NCBI RefSeq assembly: GCF_006345805.1
Contig: NC_042997.1
Coordinates: 26,722,001-26,786,000 of the forward strand
DNA: 64,000 bases
Source: Octopus sinensis
Lineage: Eukaryota
Reading direction: 5' to 3'
The notes under the pieces were generated by a model. That model saw only the letters and a program-made list of their open reading frames with translations, was not told where the DNA came from and did no database searches. Positions 40,101-51,915 of this stretch are shown in pieces. How positions within the stretch are numbered: position 1 is the stretch's first letter; each line of letters starts with the position of its first letter. The translations under genes were made by a program, and so were the position numbers.

Positions 40101-40327
40101 CGTTTCTGTAAGTGCTATGCATAAGGCTTGATTGCATGCAACAAAGTCTCTCAGGAACGGGATCTTTGTCCTGTTACTGAGTGTTTGCAGTCCTCTGATG
40201 TTCAGTAGGAGTATCGAGGTGAGGTGTACGTTGTTGCCGCCGCGGTGTCCATCCTGTGTCTGTTTGCTGTGGTGGTCTGGTATATAGTGGGTAGTCCACC
40301 TGCGGGCTTGGGTTTGATGAAGCCAGG

Positions 40328-41101
40328 TCAGCTGCTGTAGAATCTTTTGTGCCATGCACAAAAAAGATTGTTGTTCAGCAGCTGCTCTTTCGGCAACATC
40401 ATGTTGGCTGTTTGTGGCGCGCACAACATCTGCGTACCTCCGCTTTGGGGCAGGTGGTGCGTAGTCCATCCCTTTTCTTGTGTTGATGGTTTGTCCATCT
40501 GCCTCGTGTCTCTGTGGCAGGGTCCCCGATGTGCAAAGCGGCAGCCTGCACCTTCCTTTCCGTGCCAGCAGGAACCTCTCAGTAGAACATACACACCCGT
40601 TGCGCTGTTTGGTTCCATCCTTTGCGGTTCCACTTCTATTCCTGGTTGTTTCACTCTTTGGTCCTGCTTGAGCTTTTTTTTTTCCTTTAGCTCTTCCAGT
40701 CCTTCTTTTAGTTCTTCTTCCTCCTCTACCTCTTCACCGGGTCTCCGTCTCCATGGCCCTGCTGCCGGTTGGAGAACTTGCACCTGGGTTCACTTCCGGG
40801 CAGGTTTCTCATTCAAAACCTCCTCCTGGCGTCCACCAGGTGGGGTTAACTTCTTTCATCGTCTCCATTCTTGCCATCTTTGCCCCCGTTCTCAAAGATG
40901 GCATCAAGTGCGCCAATGTGCGACCGTACAAGCGCATATGAGCGCACGAATTCTGTCTCTTCGCTCCATCTGAGCCGCTGTCCTCTTGTAGCCTCTGCTC
41001 TTCAGCGCAGCCGCAATCACCTCGCTAGGGCTATCTCCGCCGGCGCACTCCCATGCTCGTACGAATAAATCCAGCTCGTCACGTCTCCATGCTCTGGACA
41101 T
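40328..41101 (-). pseudogene. LINE ORF1: Myb/SANT (trihelix)-like N-terminus, acidic/coiled linker, CCCH finger
   Basis: MSRAWRRDELDLFVRAW...VIAAALKSRGYKRTAAQ; (C)MFYLRGSCWHGKEGAGCRFAH at about 40530-40597 after a 1-nt correction. Confidence 0.7.
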
Positions 41102-41162
41102 GCTGGATAATCCGTCTATCCGTTTATCTATCTAATTATGTTCGAGAGAAGACAGGAAGATA

Positions 41163-42320
41163 TTAAGGCTAATTAGAAGATAGAGTACTTGAAAAAGAAA
41201 TATTAACAATATTAAAGTTTGTGTAAAAACGTTATTTAATCTTAAGGCTAATTAGGAGATAGAGTATCTGAAAATATATTAGCAATATTAATATTATATT
41301 AGAGTGTGGGTAAAAAAACGTTATTTAATCTTAAGGCTAATTTGGAGATAGAGTATCTGAAAATATATTAGCAATATTAATATTATATTAGAGTGTGGGT
41401 AATATTAAACGTTATTTAATTTAATCTTAAGGCTAATTAGAAGACAGAGTATCTGAAAAATTATATATACAATATTAAGCAATATTAACCGTTATTTAAT
41501 TTAATCTTAAGGCTAATTAGACGTTATTAATATTAACGTTATTTAATTTAATCTTAAGGCTAATTAGAAGATAGAGTATCTGAAAATATATTAGCAATAT
41601 TAATATTATATTAGAGTGTGGATAAAAACGTTATTTAATCTTAAGGCTAATCAGGAGATAGAGTATCTGAAATATATTAGCAATGTTAATATTATTTAGA
41701 GTGTGGGTAATATTAAACGTTATTTAATTTAATTTAATCTTAAGGCTAATTAGAAGATAGAGTATCTGAAGAATTATTAACAATATTAAAACAATATTAA
41801 ACGTTATTTAATTTAATCTTAAGACTAATTAACAATATTAAACAATATTAAACGTTATTTAATTTAATCCTAAGGCTAATTAACAATAGTTATTAACAAT
41901 ATTAACAATATTAAACGTTATTTAATTTAATCTTAAGGCTAATTAACAGTAATTATTAACAATATTAAACAATATTAAACGTTCTTTAATTTAATCCTAA
42001 GGCTAATTAACAATAATTATTAACAATATTAAACGTTATTTAATTTAATCCTAAGGCTAATTAGACGTTATTAATATTAAACGTTATTTAATTTAATCTT
42101 AAGGCTATTAGAAGATAGAGTATCTGAAAAATTATTAACAATATTAAAACAATTTAAACGTTATTTAATTTAATCTTAAGGCTAATTAACAATAATTATT
42201 AACAATATTAAACAATATTAAACGTTATTTAATTTAATCCTAAGGCTAATTTGACGGTATCAATATTAAACGTTATTTAATTTAATCTGAAGGCTAATTA
42301 GAAGATAGAGTATCTGGAAA
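41163..42320. repeat. Modular AT-rich tandem array with 16 copies of core aacgttatttaat(ttaat)cttaaggctaatta
   Basis: Cores counted by eye; intervening segments are drawn from a few recurring modules. Confidence 0.9.
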
Positions 42321-42794
42321 ATTATTATATCGAGAACAGTTATTGAAAATGTAAACAAACCAAATGACGATCGCAACTTTAACTAAGATGTGGGCCTAAG
42401 TGAAAGATAATCTTACCTTTCCACAAACTACGTGTGACAAATGATGTTAGAAGAAAGATAAAGGAAAATGGTTTATTAAAATGTTCAAACATTTTCTGAA
42501 CGGAAATAGCGACAATAACATAACAAACAGTTCATGATGTTGATTAATAAATCTCTAACATATGAATATAAACAAATTACAGAATATCTGTACGCCTGGC
42601 AAATCTGCTGTTTAAGTTGCATGCTGATTGGTCAAAACTATATTCTAAAAATCCAGCTTGGTGAAGCGTTCTAAGAGGTACTACAGTTGTCAAGAACTCA
42701 ACTGTCAGATAAACACATTTGAAATCTGATGATCACTCTATGTATGTATAGATATATAGATAATTACTCTATAGACAGATAGATAGATAGATAT

Positions 42795-43652
42795 GTTTCT
42801 TTATTAGCCTCACAGGGCTGCACACAGATAGAACAAATTACAAGGTAGAGCTTTTCTTTTGAAGGTTTAATAAACCGACTCGTCCCACACGTGACAGCAG
42901 TTGATCGACATAAGCCCACAGGTCGGAAATTGTTGGACACTGCACGAGTGCGTGCAGAACGGTTTCGTTGCTCTGACCGCATCTCGGGCAGGTCGGCCCC
43001 GTGTTTCTCGAGCCGTGTCTGTAGAGCTTATCCCAAACGGGTAGCGCTTCTCGGTAGCACTGCCAGGCCAGGGATCTCTGGAAGTTGTCCATGGGCCCTG
43101 GCCCGAAAGTCGTCCTGAACAGGCGGGTCAGGTACTCCTCGTCGACATCCAGGTTCGCCCCGAGCTCGTCGTCGTACCTCCCCTCCACTAAACCCCTATA
43201 GAATGCTTTGGTTGTGTTGAAGTCACTCAAGTTCGACCCAGGACGGCAGAGTTGCTTGAGAGCAACGCGACACTCGCGGTGCCATTCGCCCTTCTTCGGC
43301 CTCTTTTTGATCCACGACTGCAGTTCGGTCATGGAGACGAGCTGCGGGAAAGCGTGCCTCACAAACGGCGACCACACCTGTTCACCATCGTCTACATAGA
43401 GCCAGAGATGTCGCAGTCTCAGCGCGTGTCTGCGCATCATCAACCACGGCATGCCCAGCCCTCTTTTTAACGGGTGTTGACAGCAAATGGATCGCCTGAC
43501 CATCGGGACGCATCCTTTCCACAAGAAGCGAAAGAGAATGCGTTGTAGTTTGGTGATGGTAGGGTCGGGACAAGGTACGACGGTCAGGCGGTAGTAGATG
43601 ACGGACGCGATGTACGTGTTCGCCACCTCCGCCCGACCTTTTAGGGACAGTT
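42795..43652 (-). mobile_element. 5'-truncated Tx1/L1-clade retrotransposon 3' fragment inside (GATA)n
   Basis: LSLKGRAEVANTYIAS...LFRFLWKG...RGLGMP...CPRCGQSNETVLHALVQC (RT thumb plus zf-RVT CCHC); (GATA)n at 42772-42793 and 43656-43725. Confidence 0.85.
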
Positions 43653-43655
43653 ATG

Positions 43656-43724
<69 letters not shown>

Positions 43725-44034
43725 ATAGATCTACATTTATGCAACCAAAAAACAAATACATGTATGCATGACATTTCTCAATGCAACCATATTGTTCGAT
43801 TAAAGCAATACTACATGTGGGAAGCTAGTAAGAGAGAAAGCTGACGGCTTTCATTTATTAAGTTCTCGGAATTGAAGCCTACTGTCAGGTAATGAACAAA
43901 TCTGCCTTTCGATAGAACATCAAACCATCAGGCCTACTAGAATCTAATATGTGATAGTAAGAATTAGGTAAAGCTAACAAAGGTCGGTTTCTATGCCGTT
44001 CAAATTCCCTGCCAGTCCGTCTCAGGAAAACTCA

Positions 44035-44170
44035 TTTTTGTTAGCTGAGTAGACTGGAGCAATGTGAAATGAAGTATTTTGCTCAAGAGTATAACGCATC
44101 AGCAGGTCCAAAGATCGAGACAACAATCTTACGTTCATGAGTCTAACGCCATAGTCACTAAGCTACGCAC
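44035..44170 (-). mobile_element. Degenerate SINE family D fragment
   Basis: gctgagtagactggagcaatgtgaaatgaagtattttgctcaag is the reverse complement of the body of the 50094 copy. Confidence 0.55.
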
Positions 44171-44832
44171 CTTCAGTGATATTAGGTAAAGAGTTATGGC
44201 GTGGAAGTGGTCGAATATAAATACATGCGCACATACGATAACACGTATAATTATCATATAAAATCCGTTCTGTGTGTGTGTCTTCTAGGGTCTCGGGCAT
44301 CCTCCATCCGATTGCGCTCAAAGTTGATATGTAGATACCAACGGTATCAAGGCGTGTATAAATCTTGAAAAAATTGCAAAAATCGATTCCAGGTGAGAAT
44401 GCGATCGATAAAGCCGTGGGAACGTGCATTTGTACGCGCAAGTACATCAGCTGTTGCGATCGATACAACGCGTAGTCGAGAAAAATGCATGTGCAGTTTG
44501 CGCAAAAAAAAAGCCGGTTGGCTTGAAATAATGCCACAAAATGCAGTATATTTAAGACACCCAAAAAGTAAGATGCAAAAGAGATATTTTCTTCAAACTT
44601 GGCATGAAGGAAGGAAAGACTATTTGGTTTCTCAAGAAGTTTGTTCGTTTTTTTGCCTTAACTTCGTTTAACAAAACCAAAAATTTTATTGAAATAAAGT
44701 CATGATTAGTTATTATTAATGAAAAGAAAACAATGATTGCTTTTTATTCAGCAGATGTTATTCAGCACCGTCCATTGGACGGGGGGCGTTGTGCTCGTAT
44801 ATATATGTGTGTCAGTTATATGTATGAATATG

Positions 44833-44863
<31 letters not shown>

Positions 44864-46449
44864 TGTGTGTGTGTGTGTGTTGTGTGTGTGTGTGTGGTGT
44901 GTGTGTGTGTGTGTTTGTGTGCGTATCTATGAACTTATATAGAATATATATACATATAAGCGCACAAATCAGTAAGAATTATAATACGCATGTATGCATT
45001 TAATTTTACCGTATCGCTGCAGACTGGAACGCCAATGACATTCGCTGTGGGAATTTGTCTTTGAGATCAACTCCGTCTCTATAGAATTTTAATACATATA
45101 CATATTAACCACTTTATATCGTCAGCTCTCTATATATTGTGGGATGGAGATGGAAATAAATTATTCTGAAACACCATATCTGGTATTTCAATGACGTCAC
45201 TTGGTCCTTGATGTGTTATTATACTCTAATTTCTGTAGAGTGAAATTTATTCTCCGAGACAAAATCTCTAGATTATCACGTTTCGCTCGAAACGATCTTT
45301 CAAAGGTAAGATGTATTAGTTCGTTTGATGGAGATTTTAAACAAGAATAGAATAGAGAGTCTGAAGACATTGGTCTTCTAAATTTAGATTATTATTAAAC
45401 TGAAATGAATAGCGGAGGAGAGTATCGATGACAGAAGAATTGCAGCGTATCTACAAAAATTCAAGGAGGTATTATAATTAGACGAAGCAGCAAAGTAAGG
45501 GACAAGAAGCAGGTTTATAATTAAATACTAAGAGAAAGTAATGAAGAAGAGAAATTAGTTGTAAAGGCGAGAATAAATAGAATAAACTGGTGTGAGAAAG
45601 TAAGCTGATAGCACAGGTAGGATAACACAATTCTTGCTACAAGCACACAGACACACAAAATGTATGTGTGTGTATATATATTTATGTATATGTATGTATG
45701 TTTATATTTATATAAACGTATATATATATATATATATATCTGCTTCGTTGAAATTGTTTCGATCAAATTTGATTGATTACCAAAGGGAGAGTAAACGAGA
45801 ATGAATGAGTAAAAAATGAGAGAGAGGATGACAGAGAGAGGAGAATACAGTTAATTATAAAGATATATATATATATATATATATAGATAAAATTATGGAA
45901 AAATTATTATCCCCAAGTAAGCTACCAGCTTTTTCGCCTCACTTCATTCTTTCAGTAATTCCCTTAACCAAATTCTCTTTTGAGAATTAAGTTTCTCAAT
46001 ATTTAGCTATATTTATCTTTTTCTCACTTTTACTTTCCATTTCTATCTCTTCTTAAAATGATTCTACCTCTGTTACTCATCTCGTCTATTAATTTAATTT
46101 AATATAAAATATTTTTCACGCCTGTATCTATATTTAGATACCCCATGTCTGTATTTAGTAATTTAAAATAATACCGCGTTCGTGCAAAAATGCTTGCATA
46201 CAATGAAACATGTGGTTAGCTGTAACAAATGACTTTTATTTCAATATAATGCGTATTAATATTATTATATTGTTATATTTTGGGATGGTCATTTTTTTCC
46301 TCTTTCCTTACCAAATAATACAAGGCAAGAAAAAAATATGACAAAGACAATACCGAAATATAACACTATCTGTTTCAACACACGATTTCACATCTTGCAA
46401 AACTAATGCATAAACATATTAATATTATTCTGGGCGTAAAATTTTCAAT

Positions 46450-46831
46450 AGTGGCTGTGTGGTAAGTAGCTTGCACATGGTTTTGGGTTCAGTCCCACTG
46501 TGTGGCACCTTGGGCAAGTGTCTTCTACTTTAGCTTCGGGCCGACCAAAGCCTCGTGAGTGGATTTGGTAGACGGAAACTGAAAGAAGACCGTCTTATAT
46601 ATGTATATATATCTATGTTTGCGTATGTGTTTGTGTGTCTGTGTTTGTCCACCCAACACCGCTTGACAACCGATGCTGGTGTATTTACGTCCCCGTAACT
46701 TAGCGGTTCGGCAAAAGAGACTGATAAAATAAGTACTAGGCTTACAAAGAATAAGTCCTGGGGCTGATTTGCTCGACTAAAGGCAGTGATCCAGCATGGA
46801 GACAGTCACATGACTGAAAGAAGTAAAAGAG
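46450..46831 (+). mobile_element. SINE family B
   Basis: gtggctgtgtggtaagtagcttgc...cagtcacatgactgaaagaagtaaaagag. Confidence 0.88.
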
Positions 46832-48659
46832 TTCTTTACTTCGAATTTATTATGAGTATATAAAATATATACAGAAGTCGCACTTGTAAATCGTTGGGGC
46901 AGGATATGATCTTGAAGGATTCGAGGAAAGCGACAAATGTTGCAGAAGATATTTCATAACTTGATGGGAAAGTATAAACCTAGAGGGTATAAATCTACAT
47001 ACCAAGCGTTAACAGAAGAAATAGTGTCTGACGTTCGTATTGGTAACAGAAAAGACAGGAAGGGTGATAAAGATAACAAATTATTACCGAAGATGTCCAA
47101 ATTATGATAGAGAGAGAATCCGCCGATGACATGATGTCGTACGCTGACTTGCAAAAAGAAGCACGTTCAAAAATATTACGAAACTTAATAGACTTGAGGA
47201 AATCCTATATCCAGAAGTTGTATCAAAAGAAACTAAATAATTAGATCTCGATCCTTATTTCAGGTCAATTCAGTCCGACTCTGTTGCAGCTGTTATGACT
47301 GTTGCTGTTATTCATAACCTACCTACTGTTGTGGCAGTCGCTTTTCAGTTACCCCAGATTTCTCCAAGGGGGAGGCAAGGATAACTATATCATAGCAATA
47401 CCTAATGGAGAGTTATAACCTCTGCTTCTACTTCAACTTCACCTCATCACACTTATCTGCTATCAAGTACAGGTAAATGAATTAAACGATTTACTGTATT
47501 AACTTAGTAAATGTACGAATTGTAACATGCACATATATGCAGATATGTGCATGTGTGTGTGCGTGTTACAAATATGTAATACACACACACAAACACACAC
47601 ACAAGCACATCCATATATAACTTCGTAAAATCGAGAAGCTGAGTATAGTGAACATGCCGAGAAGGGTGGGAAATTCAGCATTTTAATCAGAGTCTTTCTT
47701 CAGAAAAAGTTGATAGGGCAGAAATTACTGAGAGAGAAGAGAAGAGAGTTTTACGTCATCTAAATATGTGAATGTGCGTATGAGTGTAGATGTTTGTATG
47801 TGTGTATGTAATTATATTGGTTATTGTGAGGGTTACTTTTTTTCAATTGGTTTCGTCTAAATTCCGATCTAACTTTACATCTCCCCCGCCAAATAAGCAT
47901 AAAACTAAGTACTAAGGTCACCATTTTTTTAGGCTATGCTTCTATATATTCGCAGTCCAAAAACTGATATTAGTAAAAGTATTATGTATGCAAAAATCAT
48001 CAACTCTTAATGAACTTCGAATGATTTGTTTTCTATTCCTTGATGTCTATTCACAGCTCAGTTACGTTGCTTAATTAATTTACCACTTCACGACTCCGAG
48101 GTCAATTATAATCAATGCCCTTACAGCAAGTTTCATTCTGAAGGAACGGCAATCATTTTCCGTTATTGACATAAGTGATTCTGCTCTAACACAACACACG
48201 AAAAGATTGAAATATCATTCGCAATGAATTGCTGTAAGCCGATAATTAATCACCGTACCACAATACCTTTTACATATATAATCTGTTCGGTAACATATAT
48301 TTATATCCATATTCAATGATCTAAAGCTATATTATATTTTAGCAGTAAGGTGATCGGGTGGATGTGTTAATGTTGCGGTTTCTAAACGCTCACCGAATCG
48401 GTAAACCAATACGGACTCTCATATTTAACATTATCATTAAAGCCATTTCTAAACATTCTTTGTACTGACATCACAATATCAAAACTTATAATTCAATTTT
48501 AATAAAGATCTTCAGCAACCGGATATGAACTGAAATAAATAAACGACTTATTAAAGTTAACGTGTCTATATATTAGTGCTTTGTTACCTTTTTTTATTTG
48601 AGTTTAACTGAATGTGTGTGGAATCAACATACAACTGTATACGTATATCAGTGTATAAA

Positions 48660-48700
<41 letters not shown>

Positions 48701-48856
48701 ATATATATACATATATATATATTATATATAATATATATATATATATATCAGTGTAAAATGAGTTGCTACAGTTAACAATGGCGGCTATTTCGTTATAGCA
48801 AATAATATTCTAGCAAAGCTGTCGAACAAACTGACGAAGCCTTTCACTTTTACCTT

Positions 48857-49303
48857 CTCACTCACTCATGCACTCACTCACTCACTCATGCACTCACTCA
48901 CTCACTCACTCACTCACTCACTCACTCACTCACTCACTCACTCATGCACTCACTCACTCACTCACTCACTCACTCACTCACTCACTCACTCACTCACTCA
49001 CTCACTCACTCACTCACTCACTCACTCACTCACTCACTCACCCCCTCACTCACTCACTCATGCACTCACTCACTCACTCACTCACTCACTCACTCACTCA
49101 CTCACTCACTCACTCACTCACTCATGCACTCACTCACTCACTCACTCACTCACTCACTCACTCACTCACTCAATCACTCAATCAATCACCCACTCACTCA
49201 CTCACTCACTCACTCAATCACTCAATCAATCACCCCCTCACTCACTCATTCACTCACTCACTCAATCACTCAATCAATCACTCACTCACCCACTCACTCA
49301 CTC
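48857..49303. repeat. Long (ACTC)n tetranucleotide array with ATGC and AATC interruptions
   Basis: Directly visible; source of the HSLT-repeat ORFs. Confidence 0.95.
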
Positions 49304-49540
49304 TTTCTCTAACAATGCCAAAATACAATCACCCGATATTTATCTGTTCCTTTTGATACCACTTCGAATCTGTACTTCATAACAATATTTCAGTACGGAA
49401 TTGAGAAATGCAAGTATGATCATTATGTCCTATTTACTTGAGATATGAATGCTTAAGTAACAGTTAACTGATTAAAGGTGCATTTACGCTACTTAAGACC
49501 AAGTTTCGATTTCCAGTCATAAACATTTATATCATTTATA

Positions 49541-49892
49541 GTGGAGGCGCAATGGCCCAGTGGTTAGGGCAGCGGACTCGCGGTCGTAGTGAGTGTTTAT
49601 TGAGCGAAAACACCTAAAGCTCCACGAGGCTCCGGCAGGGGATGGTGGTGATCCCTGCTGTACTCTTTCACCACACCTTTCTCTCACTCTTTCTTCCTGT
49701 TTCTGTTGTACCTGTATTTCAAGGGGCCGGCCTTGTCACTCTCTGTGTCACGCTGAATATCGCCGAGAACTACGTTAAGGGTACACGTGTCTGTGGAGTG
49801 CTCAGCCACTTACACGTTAATTTCGCGAGCAGGCTGTTCCGTTGATTCGGATCAACAGGAACCCTCGTCGTCGTAACCGACGGAGTGCTTCC
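49541..49892 (+). mobile_element. SINE family C with B-box deletion and 12-bp TSD
   Basis: atatcatttata at 49529-49540 and 49893-49904; lacks the gatcgcggtttcgattcccagaccgggcgttg segment present at about 14398-14430. Confidence 0.9.
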
Positions 49893-50093
49893 ATATCATT
49901 TATAAAGTGGAGCGAAGCATTTATTTTCAGCATCCATCCATCGTTTTCTAAAATCTGTGCGTCTTATTTCTCGCAAAAAGAGGACTAGTAAAGTCCTGTC
50001 TCATGGCATCTATGTAACTTCTGATCTCCACTTTTCTAGACAAATGAAGCCATTTAACCTTATTTAATTAAATTATTAGCTTTACTATGGAAC

Positions 50094-50408
50094 ATGGCTC
50101 AGTGGTTAGAGCATCGGGCTCACAACCATGCGGTAGTGAGTTCGATTCCTGGACTGAGCTGTGTGTTGTGTTCTTCAAAAGACATTTTATTTCACATTGA
50201 TCCAGTTCACTCAGCTGTAGAAATGAGCTGCAACGTCCCAGGTGCCAAACTGTATCGGCCTTTGCCATGGATAACATCGGTGGCGTTGAAGGGGAGGCTG
50301 GTATGCATGAGCGACTGCTGGTCTTCCATAAATAACCTTGTTCGGACTTGAGCCTTGGAGGGGAACTTTCTAGGTGCAATCTCACGGTCATTCATCATCG
50401 ACAGGGGT
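50094..50408 (+). mobile_element. SINE family D (tRNA head, CORE-like body)
   Basis: A box tggctcagtgg and B box gttcgattcc, followed by a non-tRNA body ccagttcactcagctgtagaaatgag. Confidence 0.75.
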
Positions 50409-50655
50409 CATTACCCTTTTAATAGCTTAGTACTAGGTTTCAGTATTGTTCATTATTATTTCAATAAATACCAATAAAAGCGCGCAAACTGTAAAATACG
50501 TTTTCGTTTTATACCTTTCTGAGATGACAAGATGAGGAAGTGTAGCAATAGGATCATTTTCAAGGTAGGCCGAATTTACGGGTATAAGAATAGATGTTAT
50601 GTTCAGAAAAGAGACCTAGCTAAATGCTTTTAAAGAACTGGTTTCGGCAAAATGC

Positions 50656-51057
50656 CTTTTACTCTTTTACTCTTTTACTTGTTTCAGTCATTTGACTGTG
50701 GCCATGCTGGAGCACCGCCTTTAGTCGAGCAAATCAACCCCAGGACTTATTCTTTGTAAGCCTAGTACTTATTCTATCGGTCTCTTTTGCCGAACCGCTA
50801 ATTACGGGGACGTAAAGACACCAGCATCGGTTGTCAAGCTATGTTGTGGGGGACAAACACAGACACAAAAAAACACACAAATACATATATATACATATAT
50901 ACGACGGGATTCTTTCAGTTTCCGTCTACCAAATCCACTCACAAGGCTTTGGTTGGCCCGAAGCTATAGTAGAAGACATTTGCCCAAGGTGCCCCGCAGT
51001 GGAACTGAACCCGGAACCATGTGGCTGGTAAGCAAGCTACTTCCAACACAGCCACTC
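50656..51057 (-). mobile_element. SINE family B
   Basis: Reverse-complement full copy with (ttttactc)n tail on the plus strand. Confidence 0.9.
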
Positions 51058-51317
51058 GTTTATGTATATATATCGCCTCCATGCAATATGTGTTAAACGA
51101 GGCAACGAATTACATCTACCACAAGATAACAGGTACAATCAATTGGACAGGCTTTCAACGGTTTACGTCTTCCTAATTTCATTCATGCTACTGGTTATCC
51201 CATAGTGATAGGATAAATCATTTATTCATTGCACTGCATTGTGCGATCGAATCCCAAACCAGCTAACTACGAAGGAAATCCGTTAAGTACTTATCCTGAC
51301 TTGAGATTAACTTATCT

Positions 51318-51767
51318 TTTATCTTTTATTTGTTCCAGTCCTTAGACAGAGGTCATGTTGGGGGCACTGCAATAAATCTGTAGTAGAATTAATCGACCCC
51401 AGTACTTATTTTTAGGCCTGGTACTTATTCTAGTGGCCCCCTTTTGCCGAGCCGTTAGGTTACGGGGACGTAAACACATTAATACTGGTTGTCAAGCGGT
51501 GATGGGACGGGGCCAAACACAGACAGAAAGGCGGTGAGCTGGCAGAAACATTAGCACGCCGGGCGAAATGCTTAGTGGTATGTCGTCTGCCGTTACGTTC
51601 TGAGTTCAAATTCCGCTGAGGTCGACTTTCCCTTTCATCCTTTCGGGATAGATAAATTAAGTACCAGTTACGCACTGGGGTCGATGTAATCGGCGTAATC
51701 CCTTTGTCTTTCCTTGTTTGTCCCCTCTGTGTTTAGCCCCTTGTGGGAAGTAAAGAAATAAGAAAGG

Positions 51768-51803
<36 letters not shown>

Positions 51804-51915
51804 CGACGGTCTTCTTTCAGTTTCCATCTATCAAATCTATTCACAAGGCTTTGGTTGGCGCGAGGTTAAAGGAGAAGACACTTGCCCAAGTTGTCACACA
51901 GTGGGACTGAACCCA
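51318..51915 (-). mobile_element. Older SINE-B interrupted by a SINE-A insertion
   Basis: B tail half at 51318-51524 and head half at 51769-51915. Confidence 0.75.
51528..51760 (+). mobile_element. Full-length SINE-A nested in SINE-B
   Basis: agaaaggc duplicated at 51525-51532 and 51761-51768. Confidence 0.88.

Larger units (their letters stand above)
37180..42390 (-). mobile_element. Near full-length CR1-type LINE (ORF1-APE-RT, frameshifted), (CAAT)n tail, tandem-repeat upstream region
   Basis: ORF1 start at 41101; APE LLNIRGL, LTETHL, GDFNLP; RT PDGFPA, NYRPISLTSH, YADDTK, FDYCSQLWSP, YWERLK; tail at about 37180-37200. The 5' boundary is inferred. Confidence 0.9.

Noticed and set aside
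41163-42320. CRISPR-like look (constant repeat with variable spacers)
   Set aside because: The spacers are reused modules of unequal length rather than unique sequences, there are no cas genes, and the context is eukaryotic.
44235-44560. CpG-rich segment starting like a Helitron 5' end (tcatataaaatcc...tgtgtgtg)
   Set aside because: No hairpin-CTAG 3' end or second copy found in the window.
45270-45300. cgtttcgctcgaaacg hairpin containing CGAAAC
   Set aside because: No CUGANGA partner at a suitable distance; not a hammerhead.
50094-50170. tRNA-gene-like heads (also 14400-14477, 7764-7840, 49541-49590)
   Set aside because: They have A/B boxes but continue into SINE bodies with TSDs and lack a full cloverleaf, so they are not called tRNA genes.
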